Shown here piece by piece: positions 37,839 to 52,049 of a stretch of DNA of 64,000 nt. A model generated the notes under the pieces. That model made no database searches. It was not told the DNA's origin and saw only the letters and a list, made by a program, of their open reading frames with translations. The stretch lies in the NCBI RefSeq assembly GCF_009914755.1, contig NC_060943.1, one strand, 5' to 3'. Position 1 is the stretch's first letter; each line of letters opens with the position of its first letter. This DNA comes from the human T2T-CHM13v2.0 reference genome, Homo sapiens. A program made the position numbers and the translations under genes.

Positions 37839-40802
37839 TGAATCCACACATTGCAAAACATTTTTACTAATAGCGTGTTTCTCATTTTTAAGGTGGGATA
37901 TTCAGTTTTTCACTATAGGTTTCAAAGGGCTCAGAAATGTGCCTTCATTAATTTTACAAAAACAGAGTTTCCAACCTGTTGAATCAAAGAAAAAGTTTTG
38001 CACTGTGAGATGAATGCACAGATCAAAAAGAATTTTCATAGATGCCTTGTTTCTGGTTTTTATTGCGGGATATTTGGTTTTTCACTATAGGTCTCAATGA
38101 GCTCAGAAATTACAATTTCTAGATTCTACAAGGAGAGTGTTTCCAAGCTGTTCAATCAAAATAATAATTTAACTCTGAGATGAATCAACATATCACAAGC
38201 ATTTTTCACAGATAGCTTCTTTCTAGTTTTTATCACAAGATAGTCTGTTTTATATTATAGGCCTCAATGGGCTCAGAAATGTCCCTTTGGAGATTTTACA
38301 AAAAGAGTATTTCCAATCAGGTGATTCAAAACACAAGTTATATTTGGTGAGATGAATGTACACATTGCAAAGCATTTTTTCAAATAGCTTGCTTCTAATT
38401 TTTATCACGAAATATTTGGTTTCTTACTGTAGGTCTCAATTGACTCATAAATGTCCCTTAATAGATTCTACAACAACAGTGTTTTTAACCTAGTGAATCA
38501 AACAAAGGGTTTCATTCAGTGAGATAAGTCCACGCATTACAAAGCACTTTCAGAGCAAGCTTGTTTCTAGTTTTTATCATGGGCTATTCAGTGTGTAACA
38601 ATAGGAGTCGAAGGCCTCAGAAATGTCCCTTCGTAGATTCTACAACAACAGTGTTTCCAACCTATTTAATTAAAGCAAAGGTTTAACTTTCTAAGATGAA
38701 TCCAGACACCACAAAGCATTTTTATACTTGCCTTGTTTCTAGTTTTTATTGTGGGATATTCGATTTTTCAACATAGGCCTGAGTGGGCTCAGAAATGTCT
38801 TTTCATTGATTCTACAAAAAGAGTGTTTCCAACCCGTTTAATTAAAACAAAGATTTAACTCTGTGAGATGAATCCAAACATCACAAAGCATTTCCACAGA
38901 TAGCTTGCTTCTAGTTTTTATCACTGGATATTCCGTTTTTCACTATAGGCCTCAATGAGCTCAGAAATGTTCCTTCATAGATTCTACAAAAAGCAAGTTT
39001 CCAAGGTGATGAATCAAAACAAAAGTTTAAATCTGTGATGTAAATCCAGAAAACCCAAAGCATTTTAACTTATAGCTTGTTTCTACTTTTTAACATGGAA
39101 TATTCAGTTTTTCATTATAGGCCTCAGTGAGCTCTGAAATGTTCCTTAGTAGATGCTACAAAAAGAGTGTTTCAACCTATTGAATCAAAACAAATGTGTA
39201 ACTTTGTAAGAGGAATTCCCACATGGCAAAGCATTTGCACAGATAGGTTGTTTGTACTTTTCATTGCGGGATACTCTGTATTTTATTATAAGCATCAATG
39301 CTCCCAGAAATCTCCCTTCATAGATTCTACAACAAGAGTGTTTCCAACCTGTTGAATCAAAACAAAGGTTTAACTCTGTTAGATGAATCCACATATTACA
39401 ATCCATTTTCAGAGATAACTTTTCTCTGGTTTTATTTTGGGATATTCTATTTTTCAGTATAGGTTTCAATTGGGTCAGAAATGTTTCTTCATAGATTCTA
39501 AGAAAAGCGTGTTTCCAAATTGATGAATTAAAAGAGAGGTTTAACTCTGTCAGATGAATTCAGACCTTGCAAAGCATTTCAACGGATAGCTTGTTTCTAC
39601 TTTTTATCACAGGATATTCTGTTTTTCACTATAAACTTCAATGGGATCAGAGATGTTTTTTGTAGATTCTGTAAAAAAGGGTTTTTCACCTGTTGAATCC
39701 AAACAAAGCTTTAACTCTGTGAGATGAATCCATGCATCACAAAGCATTTTTACAGATAGCATTTTTCTACTTCTTATAGCAGGATATTGGGTTTCTCAGT
39801 ATAGGCCTAAATGGACTCAGAAATGTCTCATTGTACATTCTACAAAAACATTGTTTCCAACCTGGTGAATCAAAACAGAGATTCCATTCGGGGAGACGAA
39901 TCCACACATCACAAAGCAACTTCACATATTGCGTTTTTCTAGTTTTTATCACAGGATCCTCGGTTTTTCACTATGTGCCTCAATGGGCTCAGAAATTTCC
40001 CTTCCTAGATTTTACAAAAAAAGTGTTTCCAACCTGGTGACTCAAAACCCAGGTTTGATTCAGTGAGAAGAATCCAGATATCACAAAGCATTTTCACATA
40101 CAGCTTGTTTCTATATGTTTCTTGTTTTATTGTGGGATATTTGTTTCTTTATTATAGGCCTCAATGGCCTCTGAAATGTCCCTTCATAGATTCTACAAAG
40201 AAACTGTTTCCAAACTGATGAATCAAAACAATGGTTTAACTCTGTGAGATAAATACACACATTGCAAAGCATTTTCACAGTTAGCTTCTTTAGAATGTTT
40301 AATGCAGTATATTCAGTTTTTCAGTGTAGGACTTAATGGCCTCAAAAACGTTTCTTCATAGATAATACAGTAAAAGTGTTTCCAACCTGTTGAATCAAAA
40401 CAAAGTTTTAACTGTTGGAGATGAACTCACATATGGCAAAGCATTTTCACACATAGCGTTTTTATACTTTTTATCACAGGATATTAGATTTTTCACTACC
40501 AGTCTCAATGAGCTCAGAAATTTCTTTTCATAGATACTACAAAACGAGGCTTTCCAGCCTATTGAATCAAAACAAAGTTTTAACTCATTGAAATAAATCC
40601 ACATTTCATGAAGCATTTTCACAGATAGCTTGTTTCTATTTTTTATTGCAAAATATACGGTCTGTCACTATAGGCCTACATTGTCTTAGAAATATCCCTT
40701 TATAGATTCTACAGCAAGAGTGTTTTCAACCTGGTGAATCAATACACAGGTTCCATTTGGTGAGACTAATCCACACATCCTAAAGCATTTTCACAGATAG
40801 CA
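37839..40802. repeat. Alpha satellite, block 2c (~17 monomers)
   Basis: Resumes in phase after the TSD (TGAATCCACACATTGCAAA...). Confidence 0.94.
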
Positions 40803-43800
40803 TGCCCAGGGGTCTCTATCATTATACTGCCTTGGGTCAGCCAGCAGTCTCTCCCATTATTATGCCTGGAGTCGCCCAGGTTTCTCTATCATTAGACTGC
40901 CTGGGGTCAGCCTGAAGTCTCTCCCGTTAGAATGCCTGGGGTTGCCCAGGTGTCTCTATAATTAGACTTCCTGGTCTCAGCCAGGAGTCTCTCACATTAA
41001 AATGCTTAGTGTGACATTGGTGTCTCTATCATTAGACTGCCTGAATTGGGCCAGGAGTCTCTTTCATTGGAATGTCTGGGGTTGACCAGGTGTCTCTAAC
41101 CTTAGGCAGTCTAGGGTTGGACCAGAGTCTCTCCCATTAGAACGTCTAAGGTCATCCAGGTGTCTTTTTCATTAGACTGCATGAGGTCTCCCAGAGCCCC
41201 TCCCATTAAAATGCCTGGGTTCGGGGATGCATTTTCATCATTAGTCTGGTGCAGGTCGGTCGCTGATATCTCCAATGAGAATGCCTGGCATCTCCCAAAT
41301 TCTCTCAAATTAGAATGTCTGGAATCGACTGGGAGTCTCTCCCATTAGAATGCCTGTGGTGCCCAGTTGTCTATCATTAGACTGCTTCATGTCAGTTGGG
41401 ATTCTTTTTTTTTAGCATGCCTGGGGTGGCCCAGGTGTCTCTGCCATTAGACTGCTTGGTGTCAGCCAGGAGTCTCTCTTATTCGACTGCCTGGTGTCGC
41501 CCAGGTGTCTATTTTAAGACTGCATGGGGTTGGCCAGGAGATCTTTCATTAGAATGCATGGAATTGGCTGGGAATCTCTCCCATTAGAATGTTTGGGTTT
41601 GCCCATGTGTCTCTATCATTAGACTGCTGGGTTCAGCCAGCAGTCTCTCCCATAAGAATGTCTGGGATTGCCCAGGTTTCTCTATTATTAGACTGCCTGG
41701 TGTCAGTCAGGAGTCTCTTCCATTAGAATTGCCTGTGGTTGGCCAGGAGTCTTACCCATTAGAATTACCAAGGTAGCCCAGATGTCTTTATAATTAGACA
41801 GCCTGGGGTCAGCTCGAAGTCTCTTCTATTAGAATGCTTGGGGTCCATCAAGTGTCTCTATTATTAGACTGCCTGGGGTCAGCCAGAAGTGTCTCCCATT
41901 AAAATACTTGCAGTCGTTCAGATTTCTCTGTCATTATACTGCCTGCGATTGGCCGGGAGTCTCTTTCATTAGATTGCCTGTGGTTGCACAGATGTCTCTA
42001 TCATTAGACTGCCTGGGCTGGCTTGGTGTCTTTCCCATTAGAATGCCAGGGTTCAGATGGAAGTCTCTCCCATTAGAATGCCTTAGGTCACCCAGGTTTC
42101 TGTATTATTAGAATGCCTGGGGTCAGATGATAGTCTTTTCCATTAGAATGTCTAGGATCACCTAAGTGTCTCTACTATTAGACTGCCTGTGTTCGACCAT
42201 TAGTCTCTCCCATTACAATCACTGGGCTCAATCAGTGTCTCTAGCATTAGACTGCCTGGGGTTGACCACGAGTATCTCCCATTAGAATGCTTTCTGTCAT
42301 CTGTGAGTCTCTCCCATTGGAGTGACTGGGGTCACCCACGTGTCTCTAACATTAGACTGTTTGTGGTTGCACAGCTCTCTCTAACATTAGATTGCTTGGG
42401 GTCATCTGAGAGTTTCCCCCATTAGAATGCCTGGAGTGGAGTCCCCCAGGTGTCTCTATTATGAGAATGCCTGGTGTCAGCCAGCAGTCTCTCCCATTAG
42501 AATGCCTGTGGTATCCCAGGTGTCACTATTATTAGAATTCCTGGGGTCAGTGGAGGGTATCTCCCATAAGAATGCCTGGTGTCACCCAGGTGTCTCTAAC
42601 ATTAGATTGGCTGGGGTCCTTTGGAAGTCTTCACTATTAGGATGCCTGGGGTCACCCAAGTGCCTCTACCATTAGACTGCCTGTGGTCAGTTGGGAATCT
42701 CCCCCATTAGAATGGCTGGGGTCACCTAGGTGTCTCTATGCATGGATTGCCTGGGTTTGTACAGAAGTCTCTCTAATTAGAATGCCTGAGGTCATCCAGG
42801 TGTCTGTATTATTAGACTGCCTGGGGTCAGGCAGGAGTCTCTCCCATTAGAATATCTGGTGTCAGTTGGAATTCTCTCTCATTAGAATGCTTGGGGTCGC
42901 ATACGTGTATCTATTATTTGCATGCCTGGGCTTGTCCTGTAGTCTCTCCCATTAGGATGCCTGTGGTTGCCCAGTTGTGAACATTAGACTGCCTGGGGTC
43001 CGCCAAGATTGTCTCTTATTAAAATGCCTTGAGTTATCTGGGAGTTTCTCCCATTAGTATGCCTGGGTTCGCCCAGGTGTCTCTATCATTAGACTGCCTG
43101 GGGTCAGCTGGTAGGCTCTCCTATTAAAATGCCTTGGGTGGCTTAGATTCCTCTACAGTTTGACTGCCTGTGTTCAGCCAGCAATCTCTCCCATTAGAAT
43201 ACCTGGGCTCTCCCAGGTGTCTCTATTGTTAGACTGCCTGAAGTCAGCCAGGAGTGTCTCTCATTAGAATACCTGTATTCATCCCTATTTCTTTATTAAA
43301 CTGCCTGCGGTTTGGCGGGAGTCTCTCCCATTAAAATGCCTGTCCTCGATAAGGTGTCTATCATTTGAATGCCTGGGTTCAACCAGGAATCTCTCTTATT
43401 AGAACGTCTCCGGTCATCGAAGTGTCTCTATCATAAGACTGCCTGCATCAGCTAGGTGTCTCTACCATTAGGGTCCCTGAGGTCAGCCGGGAGTCTCTAT
43501 TATTAGAATGCCAAGGGTCGTTCAGATGTCTCTATCATTAGAGAGTCTATGGTCAGCCAGGAGTCTTTTTTATTAGAATGCCTGGTGTCGGCCCAGAGTC
43601 TCTCCCGTTAGAATGCCTGGAGTCACAGAGGTGTCTCTATTATTAGAATGTCTGATGTCGGTCTGGAGTCTCTCCCATTAGAATGTCTTAAGTCACATAG
43701 ATGACTTTATCATTAGACTGCCTGTGATCAGCCGGGAATCTCTCCAATTAAAATTCCTGAGGTCACCCAGGTGTCTCTATAATCAGACTGCCTGGGGTCA

Positions 43801-45717
43801 GCCAGACATCTCTTTCAAAAGAATGCCTGGGTTTGGCTGGAAGTCTCTCCTATTAGAATGCCTCGGGATGCCCAGGTGTCTCTATCATTAAAACGTCAAG
43901 TCATCTGAGAGTCTCTTCCATTAAAATGCCTGCAGTCACCCAGTTGTCTCTATCATTAGATTTCCTGCAGTTGGTCGGGTGTCTCTCCCACTAGAATTCC
44001 TGGGGTTTTTCAGGTGTCTCTATCATTAGACTGCCTGGGGTAGGCCACGAGTCTCTCCCATTAGAATGCCCAGGGTCGGCGGTGAGTCCCTCCCATTAGA
44101 ATGCCTAGGGTCACCCAGGTGTCTCTATCATTAGACGGCCTGGAGTCGGCTGGGTGTCACTCCCCTTAAAATGCCTGGGGTCGATTTGGCATATATAATT
44201 ATACTGCCTAGGTTTGGCCAGAAGTTTCTCCCATTAGAATGCCTGGGTTTGCCCAGGAGTTCTATCATTAGACTGCCTGGGGTCAGCTGGGAGTCTCTTC
44301 CGTTAGAATGCCTGGGGTTGCTCAGGTGTCTTTATTATTAGACTGCCTGGGATCCACCAGGAGTCTCTTTCCTTAGAATGCCTTGGGTCACTGAAATGTC
44401 TTTATAATTAGACTGCTTGGGTTCGGCAGGAGTCTATCTCATTAGAATGACTGAGGTTCCCCAGGTGACTCTATCGTTAGACTAACAGGGGTCAGCAATG
44501 AATCTCTCCCATTAGAATGCCTGAGGTTGCCTAGGTGTCTCTAACCTAAGACTGCCTTTTGTCGGCTAGAAGTCTCTTACTAGAATGCCTGGGGTTGGCT
44601 AGGAGTCTCTTCTATTAGAACATTTGGGGTCGCCCAGGTGTATCATTTGATTGCCTGGGCTCTGCTGGGAGTCTCTCCCATTAGAATGCCTGTGGTTGCC
44701 CAGGTGTCTCTATCATTAGACTGCCTGGGGTCCACCGGGAGTCTCTTCCATTAGAATACCTGGGGTCACCCGGTGTTTCTGTAATTAGGCTGCCTTGGGT
44801 CAGCATGGAGTCTTTCCATTAAAATGCCTGTGGTCGCCCAGGTGTTTCTATCCTTAAACTGCCTGTAGTCGGCCAAGAGTCTCTCCCATTAGAATGCCTG
44901 GAATTTCCCGGGAGCCTGTACCATTAGAATGCCTGGGGTCACCCAGATGTCTCTGTTATTAGCCTGCCTAAGTTCAGCCAGGAATCACTTTCATTAGAAT
45001 GCCTGGGGTTGCCCAGGGGTTTCTATCAGACTGCCTGGTGTCAGCCAGCAGTCTCTCCCATTAGAATCACTGGGGTTGGCAGGGAGTCTCTCCCAGTAGA
45101 TTACCTTGGGTCACCACAGTGTCTCTATCATTGGAATGCCTGGGGTCGACCAGGAGTCTTTTGTATTAAAATGCCTGGGGTTGGCTGGGTATCTCCAACA
45201 TTAGACTGCCTGCGTTTGGCATTCAGTTTCTCCCATTATAATGCCTGTGATCATCCAGGCGTCTCTAACATTAGACTGCCTGTGGTTGGCTGGGTGTCTC
45301 TCCAGTTTGAATGCCTGGTTTTGGCTGGCAGTCTCTCCTATTAAAATGCTAGGGGTCGAAAAACTGTCTTTATCATTGAAGTGCCCGTGGTAGACCAGAA
45401 GTCCCTCTCATTAGAATGTTGGAGGTTGCCCCAGTGTCTCTATCGTTACAGTATCTGAATTCTGCAAGAAGTCTCTCTCCTTAGAATGCCTGGGGTCAGC
45501 CTGGAGTCTCTCTCATAAAAATGTCTTAAGACGCACAGTTGCCCCTATCACAAGAATGCCTAAGGTCGGCATAAAGTCTCTTTCATTAAGATGCCTGGAG
45601 TTGCACAGGTGTCTCTGTCATTAGAATGCCTGCAGTCTGCCAGGAGTCTCTATCCTTAGACTGCCTGGGGTCAGCCAGGAGTCTCTCATATTAGAATACC
45701 CAGGGTCAGTTGGGAGT
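40803..45717. repeat. 35-bp satellite (HSAT4-like), block 3
   Basis: Same 35/70-bp units and same orientation; no TE insertion seen. Confidence 0.88.
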
Positions 45718-48700
45718 ATGTTCACAGACAGAATGTTTGTAGTTTTTACAGTGGGATATTCGGTTTTTCACTACACTCCTCAATTTGCTCAGAAATGTCC
45801 CTCATAGATTCTAAAAAAAAGTGTTTCAAACCTGTTGAATCAAAAAAATGGTGTAACTCTTTGACATGAATCTAAACATCAGAAAGCATTTTCACAAATA
45901 GCTTCTTTCTAGTTTTCATCATGAGATATTTGGTTTTTCACTATATGCCTCATACAGTGAAATGTCCCTTCGTGGATTCTATCAAAAGAGTGTTTCAAAC
46001 CTGGTGAATCAAAACACAGGTTTCATTCAATGAGATGAATCCACATACCATAAAGCATTTTCGCAAATAGCTTGTTTCTAGCTTTTAACATGGGAAGTTT
46101 GGTTTTTCTTTATAGGCCTCAATGGGCTCAGAAATGTCCCCTCATAGATTCTACAAAAAGTGTGCATTTATAGTGTTGCATGGAAACAATAGTTTGACAC
46201 TGTGAGATAAGTCCACACAACACAAAGCATTTTCCCAGATAACTTCTTTCTAATTTTTATTGCAGGATATTCTGTTCATTACTATAGGCCTCAAGGGACT
46301 CAAAAATGTCCCTTCGTCCAACTACAAAAAGAGTGTTTCCAACCTGTTGAAACAAAACAAAGGTTTAAATCTGTGAGGTGAATCCACACATTGCAAAGCA
46401 TTTTCACACATAGCTTGTTTCTAGTTTTTATAGCAGGATATTCGTTTTTTCACTATAGACCTCAATGTGCTCAGAAATGTCCCTTCACAGATTTTACCAA
46501 CAGAGCATCTTTAACCTGGTGAAGTAAAACACAGGTTGCATTCAGTGAGATTAATATACATTTTCGTAGATAACTTGTTTCTCATTTATATCACAGGATA
46601 TTCAATTTTTTACTATAGGCTTCAATGGTCTCAGAAATGTTTCTTCATAGATTCTACAAAAAAAGTGTTTCCAACCCGTTGAATCAAACACAGGTTTAAC
46701 TTTGTGAGACAAATCCACACATTGCAAAGCATTTTCACAGATAGCTTGTATCTAGTTTTTATCATGGGATATTCAGTTTTTCACTAGAGACCTCAATGGT
46801 CTCAGAAATTTTTTTTTTGTAGATTCTACAATAAGAGTGTTTCCAATGTAGTGGATCAAAACCAGGTTTAACTCTATGAGATGAACCACACATCACAAAG
46901 CATTTTCACATATCGCTTGTTTTGAGTTTTTATCATGGGATATTCGGTTTTTCACTACAGGCCTCAATGGGCTCAGAAATATGTCATTGTAGATTCTACA
47001 AAGTATGTTTCCAACCTGTTGAATCAAAACAAAAGTTTAACTCTGTGAGGCCAATACCCACACATCTCAAAGCATTTTCACAGATACCTCCTGCCTAGTT
47101 TTTATCACGAGATATTCGATTTTTCAACATATGACTCAATGCACTCAGAAATGTTTCTTTATAGACTGTACAAAAAGAGTGTTCCCAACCAGGCAAATCA
47201 AAATACACGCTTATATCTGTTAGATGAATGCACATATTACAAAGCTTCTTCACAGATAGCTTGTTTATAGTTTTAATTCTGGGATATTCAGTTTTTTCAC
47301 TAGAGGCCTCAATGGGCTCAGAAATGTTCCTACGTAGATTCTACAAAAAGGGTTTTCCAACCTGTTGAATCAAAGCACAAGTTTCATTCTTTGAGATGAA
47401 TAGACGAATCACAAAGCATTTTCACAGAAGGTTGTTTCCAGTTTCTATTGCAGGACATTCGGTTTTTCACTAGAGGCCTCAATATGCTAAAAAGTATCTC
47501 TGTAGATTCTACAAAAAGAGTGTTCTGAACAATGTTGAATCAGAACAAAGGTTTAACTCTGTGAGAAGAATCCACACATTACAAAGCATTTTCACAGATA
47601 GCTGCTTTCCATTTCTTATCACAGGAATTTCGGGGGTTTTTTTCCCCCATAGGTTTCAATGGTTTCAGAAATGTTTCTTCGTAGAGTCTACAAAAATAGT
47701 GTTTTTAACCTGTTGAATTAAAACAAAGGCTTAATTCTGTGAGATGAATCTACAATTCACAAAGCATTTTTGCAGATAGCTTGTTTCTACTATGTATCAC
47801 GGGATATTCGGTTTACCTTTATAGGCCTAACTGGGCTAAGAAATGTCCCTTTGTCTGTTCAACAAAAAGAGTGTTTCGAACCTGGTGAATAAAAACAAAT
47901 GTTTAACCCTGAGACACTCATCCACACTACACAAAGTATTTTCGCAGATAGATTTTTTCTAGGTTTATTGCAGGATATTTAGTTTTTCACTATTGGCCTC
48001 AATGGGTTCAGAAATGACCCTTCGTAGCTTCTATAACAAGAGTGTTTCCAGCCTGTTGAATCAAAATAAAGTTTGAAATCTGTGAGATGGATCCATGCAT
48101 CACACAGCATTTTCACAAATAGATTGTTTCTAGATATTAATGCAGGAGATTCATTTTTTCACTATAGTCCTCAAGGGGCTCATAAATGTTTCTTTGTAGA
48201 TTCTACCAAAAGAGTGTTTCACCCTTGTTGAATCAAAACGAAGGTTTAACTGAGTGAGATGAATTCACCCATTGCAAAGCATTTTCACAGCTAGCTTGTT
48301 TCTAGTTTTTGTCATGAAGTATTCAGTTGTCCACTATAGTGTACAATAGGGACAAAGATATTTCTTCATAGATTCTTAAAATAGAGTGGTTCCAACCTGT
48401 TAAATCAAAACAAAGGTTTAATTCTGTGAAATAAATCTACACATCTCAAAGCATTTCCACGGATATCTTGTTTCTAGTTTTTATTGCAGGATATTCAGTT
48501 TTTTGCTATAATCTCCATAGGCTCAGAATTGTCCCTTCGAAGATACTACAAAAACAAGTTTTTTAACTTGTTGAATCAAAACATAGGTTTAACTCAGTGA
48601 GACGAATCCACATATTGCAAAGCATTTACACAGCTGTTTTGTTTCTAGTTTTTATTGTGGGATATTCATTTTTTTGCTATTGGCCTCAATGGGCTCAGAA

Positions 48701-51700
48701 ATGTCTCTTTGCAGATTCTACAAAAAGAAGGTTTCAACTTGTTGAATTAAAACAAAGTTTTAACTCTGCAAGATAAATTTGTACATCACAAAATTATTTC
48801 ACAGAGAGCTGGTTTCTGCTTTTTATTGCAAGAGATTCACTTCGCAATAGGCCTCAACGGGCTCAGAAATGTTTTTTCATAGATTCTACAAAAAGAGTGT
48901 TCTTAACCTGTTGATTTAGAACAAAGGTCTAACTCTCGATGAATCCACACATCAAAACTCATTTTCATAGTTTGTTTTATATTTTAAAATGGGATATTAG
49001 CTTTTTCACTACAGACTTCAATTGGCTCAGAAATTTTTTTCATAGACTCTACAAAAAGAATGTTTCCAAGGTGTTGAATAAAAACAAAGGTTATCCCTGT
49101 GAGATGAATGAACGTATCACACAGCATTTTCCCACAGAGGTTGTTTCTATTTTTGCTCACGGGATTTTTGATTTTTCACTATAGGCTTCAATGGGCTTTG
49201 AAATGTCCCTTTATATAATCTACTAAAACAGTGTTTCCAATTTGTTCAATCAAAACAAAGGTTTAAATCTGTGACATGAATCCACATATTGCAAAGCATT
49301 TTCACAGATAGCTTTGTTTCTAGATTTTAAGGTGCATTATACCTTTTTTTACTGTAGTTTTTAATGGTCTCAGAAATGTCCCTTTGTAGATTCTACAAAA
49401 AAAGTGTTTCCAACATGTTGAATCAAAACAAAGCTTCATCTCTGTGAGATAAATCCACACATCACAGAGCATTTTTGCAGATAACTTGTTTCTAGTTTCT
49501 ATCCCGGGATATTTGGTATATCACTATACACCTCAATTGGCTAAGAAATGTCCCTTCATGCATTCCACAAAAGAGTGTTTCCAAACTGGTGAATCAAAAC
49601 ACAGGTTCCATTTGGTGAGATAAATGCATACATCACAAAAAATGTTCACAGATAGCTTGTTTCCAGTTTTTATTGACGGATATATGGCTTCTTGCTATAG
49701 GCCTCAATGGGCTCAGAAATATTCCTTCGTAGATTCTACAAAAAGAACGTTTCTAACCTGTTAAATAAAAACAAATGTTTAACTCTGTGAGATTAACCCA
49801 CACATCGGGAACCATTTACACGGAGAGCTTTTCTTCTAGCTTTTATTGCAGGATATACAGTTTTTCTCTACAGGCCTCAGTGGGCTCAGAAACGTCTTTT
49901 CATAGATTCTACAAAAAGAGTGATTTCAACCTGTTGGTTAAAAACATAGTTTTAACTTTTTGAGATAAATCCACACATCACAAAGCATTTTCACAGATGG
50001 CTTGTTTCTAGATTTTATCACCAGAAATTAGTTTTTTAACTATAGGCTTCAATGGGCTCAGAAATGTCCCTACATTTTTTACTGTAGGCCTCAATGGGTC
50101 AGAAATGTCCCTTCGTAGATTCTACCAAAAAAGTGTTTTCAAGGTGTTGAATTGAAACAAAGATTTAACTCTGTGAGGAGAAGCCACACATTGAAAAGGA
50201 TTTTCAGAGATAGCTTGTTTCTAGTTCTTATCGTGGAATATTCAAATTTTACAATATGCCTCAATGGGCTCAGAAATGTCGCTTCATAGATTTCACAAAA
50301 AGTGTTTCCAACCTGGAGAATCAAAACACAGGTTCCATTGGGAGAGATGAATCCACACATCACAAAACATTTTTACATATAGCTTGTTTCTAGTTTTTAA
50401 TGCTGGATATTCAGTTTTTCACTATAGGTCTCCGTGGGCTCAGAAGTGTCCTTTCATAGATTCTACAAAAAGACTTTTTCCTACCTGTTGAATTAAAACA
50501 TAGTTTTAAATCTGTGAGATAAATGCTCACATCATAAATCATCTTCACAGATAGATTGTTTCTAGATTTTAAGGAAGGATATTCTGCTTTTCACTATAGG
50601 CCTCAATGGCCTCAGAATGTCCCTTCATAGATGCTACAAAAAGAGTGTTTCCAAGGTGTTGAATAAAAATATAAGTTTAACTCTGTGAGATGAATCCACA
50701 CATCACAAAGCATTTTCACACAGGGCTCACTTCTAGTTTTTATCACGGGATATTCAGTTTTTCACTATAGGCCTCAACGGACTTTGAAATATCTTTTTGT
50801 AGATTCAACTAAAAGAGTGTTTTTATCTTGTTGAATCAAAAAAAAGGTTGAAATCTGTGACATGAATGAAAATATTCTAAAGCATTTTAACAGATAGCTT
50901 GTTTCTAAATATTAAGGCAGGTTGTTTGATTTTTTTACTATAGTTCTTGATGGTCTCAGAAATGTCCCTCTGTACTTTCTACAAAAAAAAGTGTTTGCAG
51001 ACTGTCAAATCAAAATAAAGGTTTAATTCTGTAAGATAAATCCACACATTGCAAAGCATTTTTGGAAATAGCTTTTTTCTAGCTTCTATTATGGGATATT
51101 TTGTTCATCACTATAGGCCTCAATGGGCTGAGAAATGTCCCTTCATAGACTCTACAAAAAAGTGTTTCCAACCTGGTGAATCAAAACACAGGTTCCATTT
51201 GGTAAGAAGAATCCACACACCAATAAGCATTTTGACAGATAGTGTTTTTCTGTTTTTCTTCATGGGATCCTTGATTTTTCACTACAGGCTCAAAGGGGCT
51301 CAGAAATATCCTTTGTAGATTCTACAAAATGAGTATTTCCAACCTACTAAATCAAAGCATAGGTTCCATCCAGTGAGATGAATCCACACATTGCAAAGCA
51401 TTTTCACAGATATCTTTTCTCTAGTTTATATCACAGAATGTTCAGTTTTCCACTATAGGCCAAAATTGGTTCAGAAATGTTCCTTCATAGATTCTGCAAA
51501 AAGAGTGCTTGCAACCTGTTGAATCAAAACAAAGCTGTAACTTTGTGATAGGAATACACACACAGCAAAGCATTTTTACAGATAGCTTGTTTCTAGTTTT
51601 TATAGCAGAATCCTCAAATTTTTACTATAGGCCTCAATAAGCTCAATTATGTCCCCTCATAGATTCTACAAAGAGTGTTTCCAACTTGTTAAATCAAAAT

Positions 51701-52049
51701 AAATGTTTAACTCTGTGAGATAAATGCACACAACCCAAAGCATTTTCACACAAGCCTGTTTCTAGATTTTATCACTAGTTTTCTGATTTTTCACCACAGG
51801 CCTAAATAGGCCCAGAAATGTTCCTTTGTAATTTTTACAAAAAGTGTGCTTCCAACCTAATGAATCAAAAGAAAGGTTTCACTCTGTGAGATGAATCCAG
51901 ACATCACAAAGCATTTCCACAGATAGCTTGTTTGTAATTTTTATTGAGGGATATTCAATTTTTCACTGTAGGCCTCAATGAGGCCTACAATTTTTCACTG
52001 TAGGCCTCAGAAATGTGCCTGCACAGATTCTACAAAAAAAGTGATTCCA

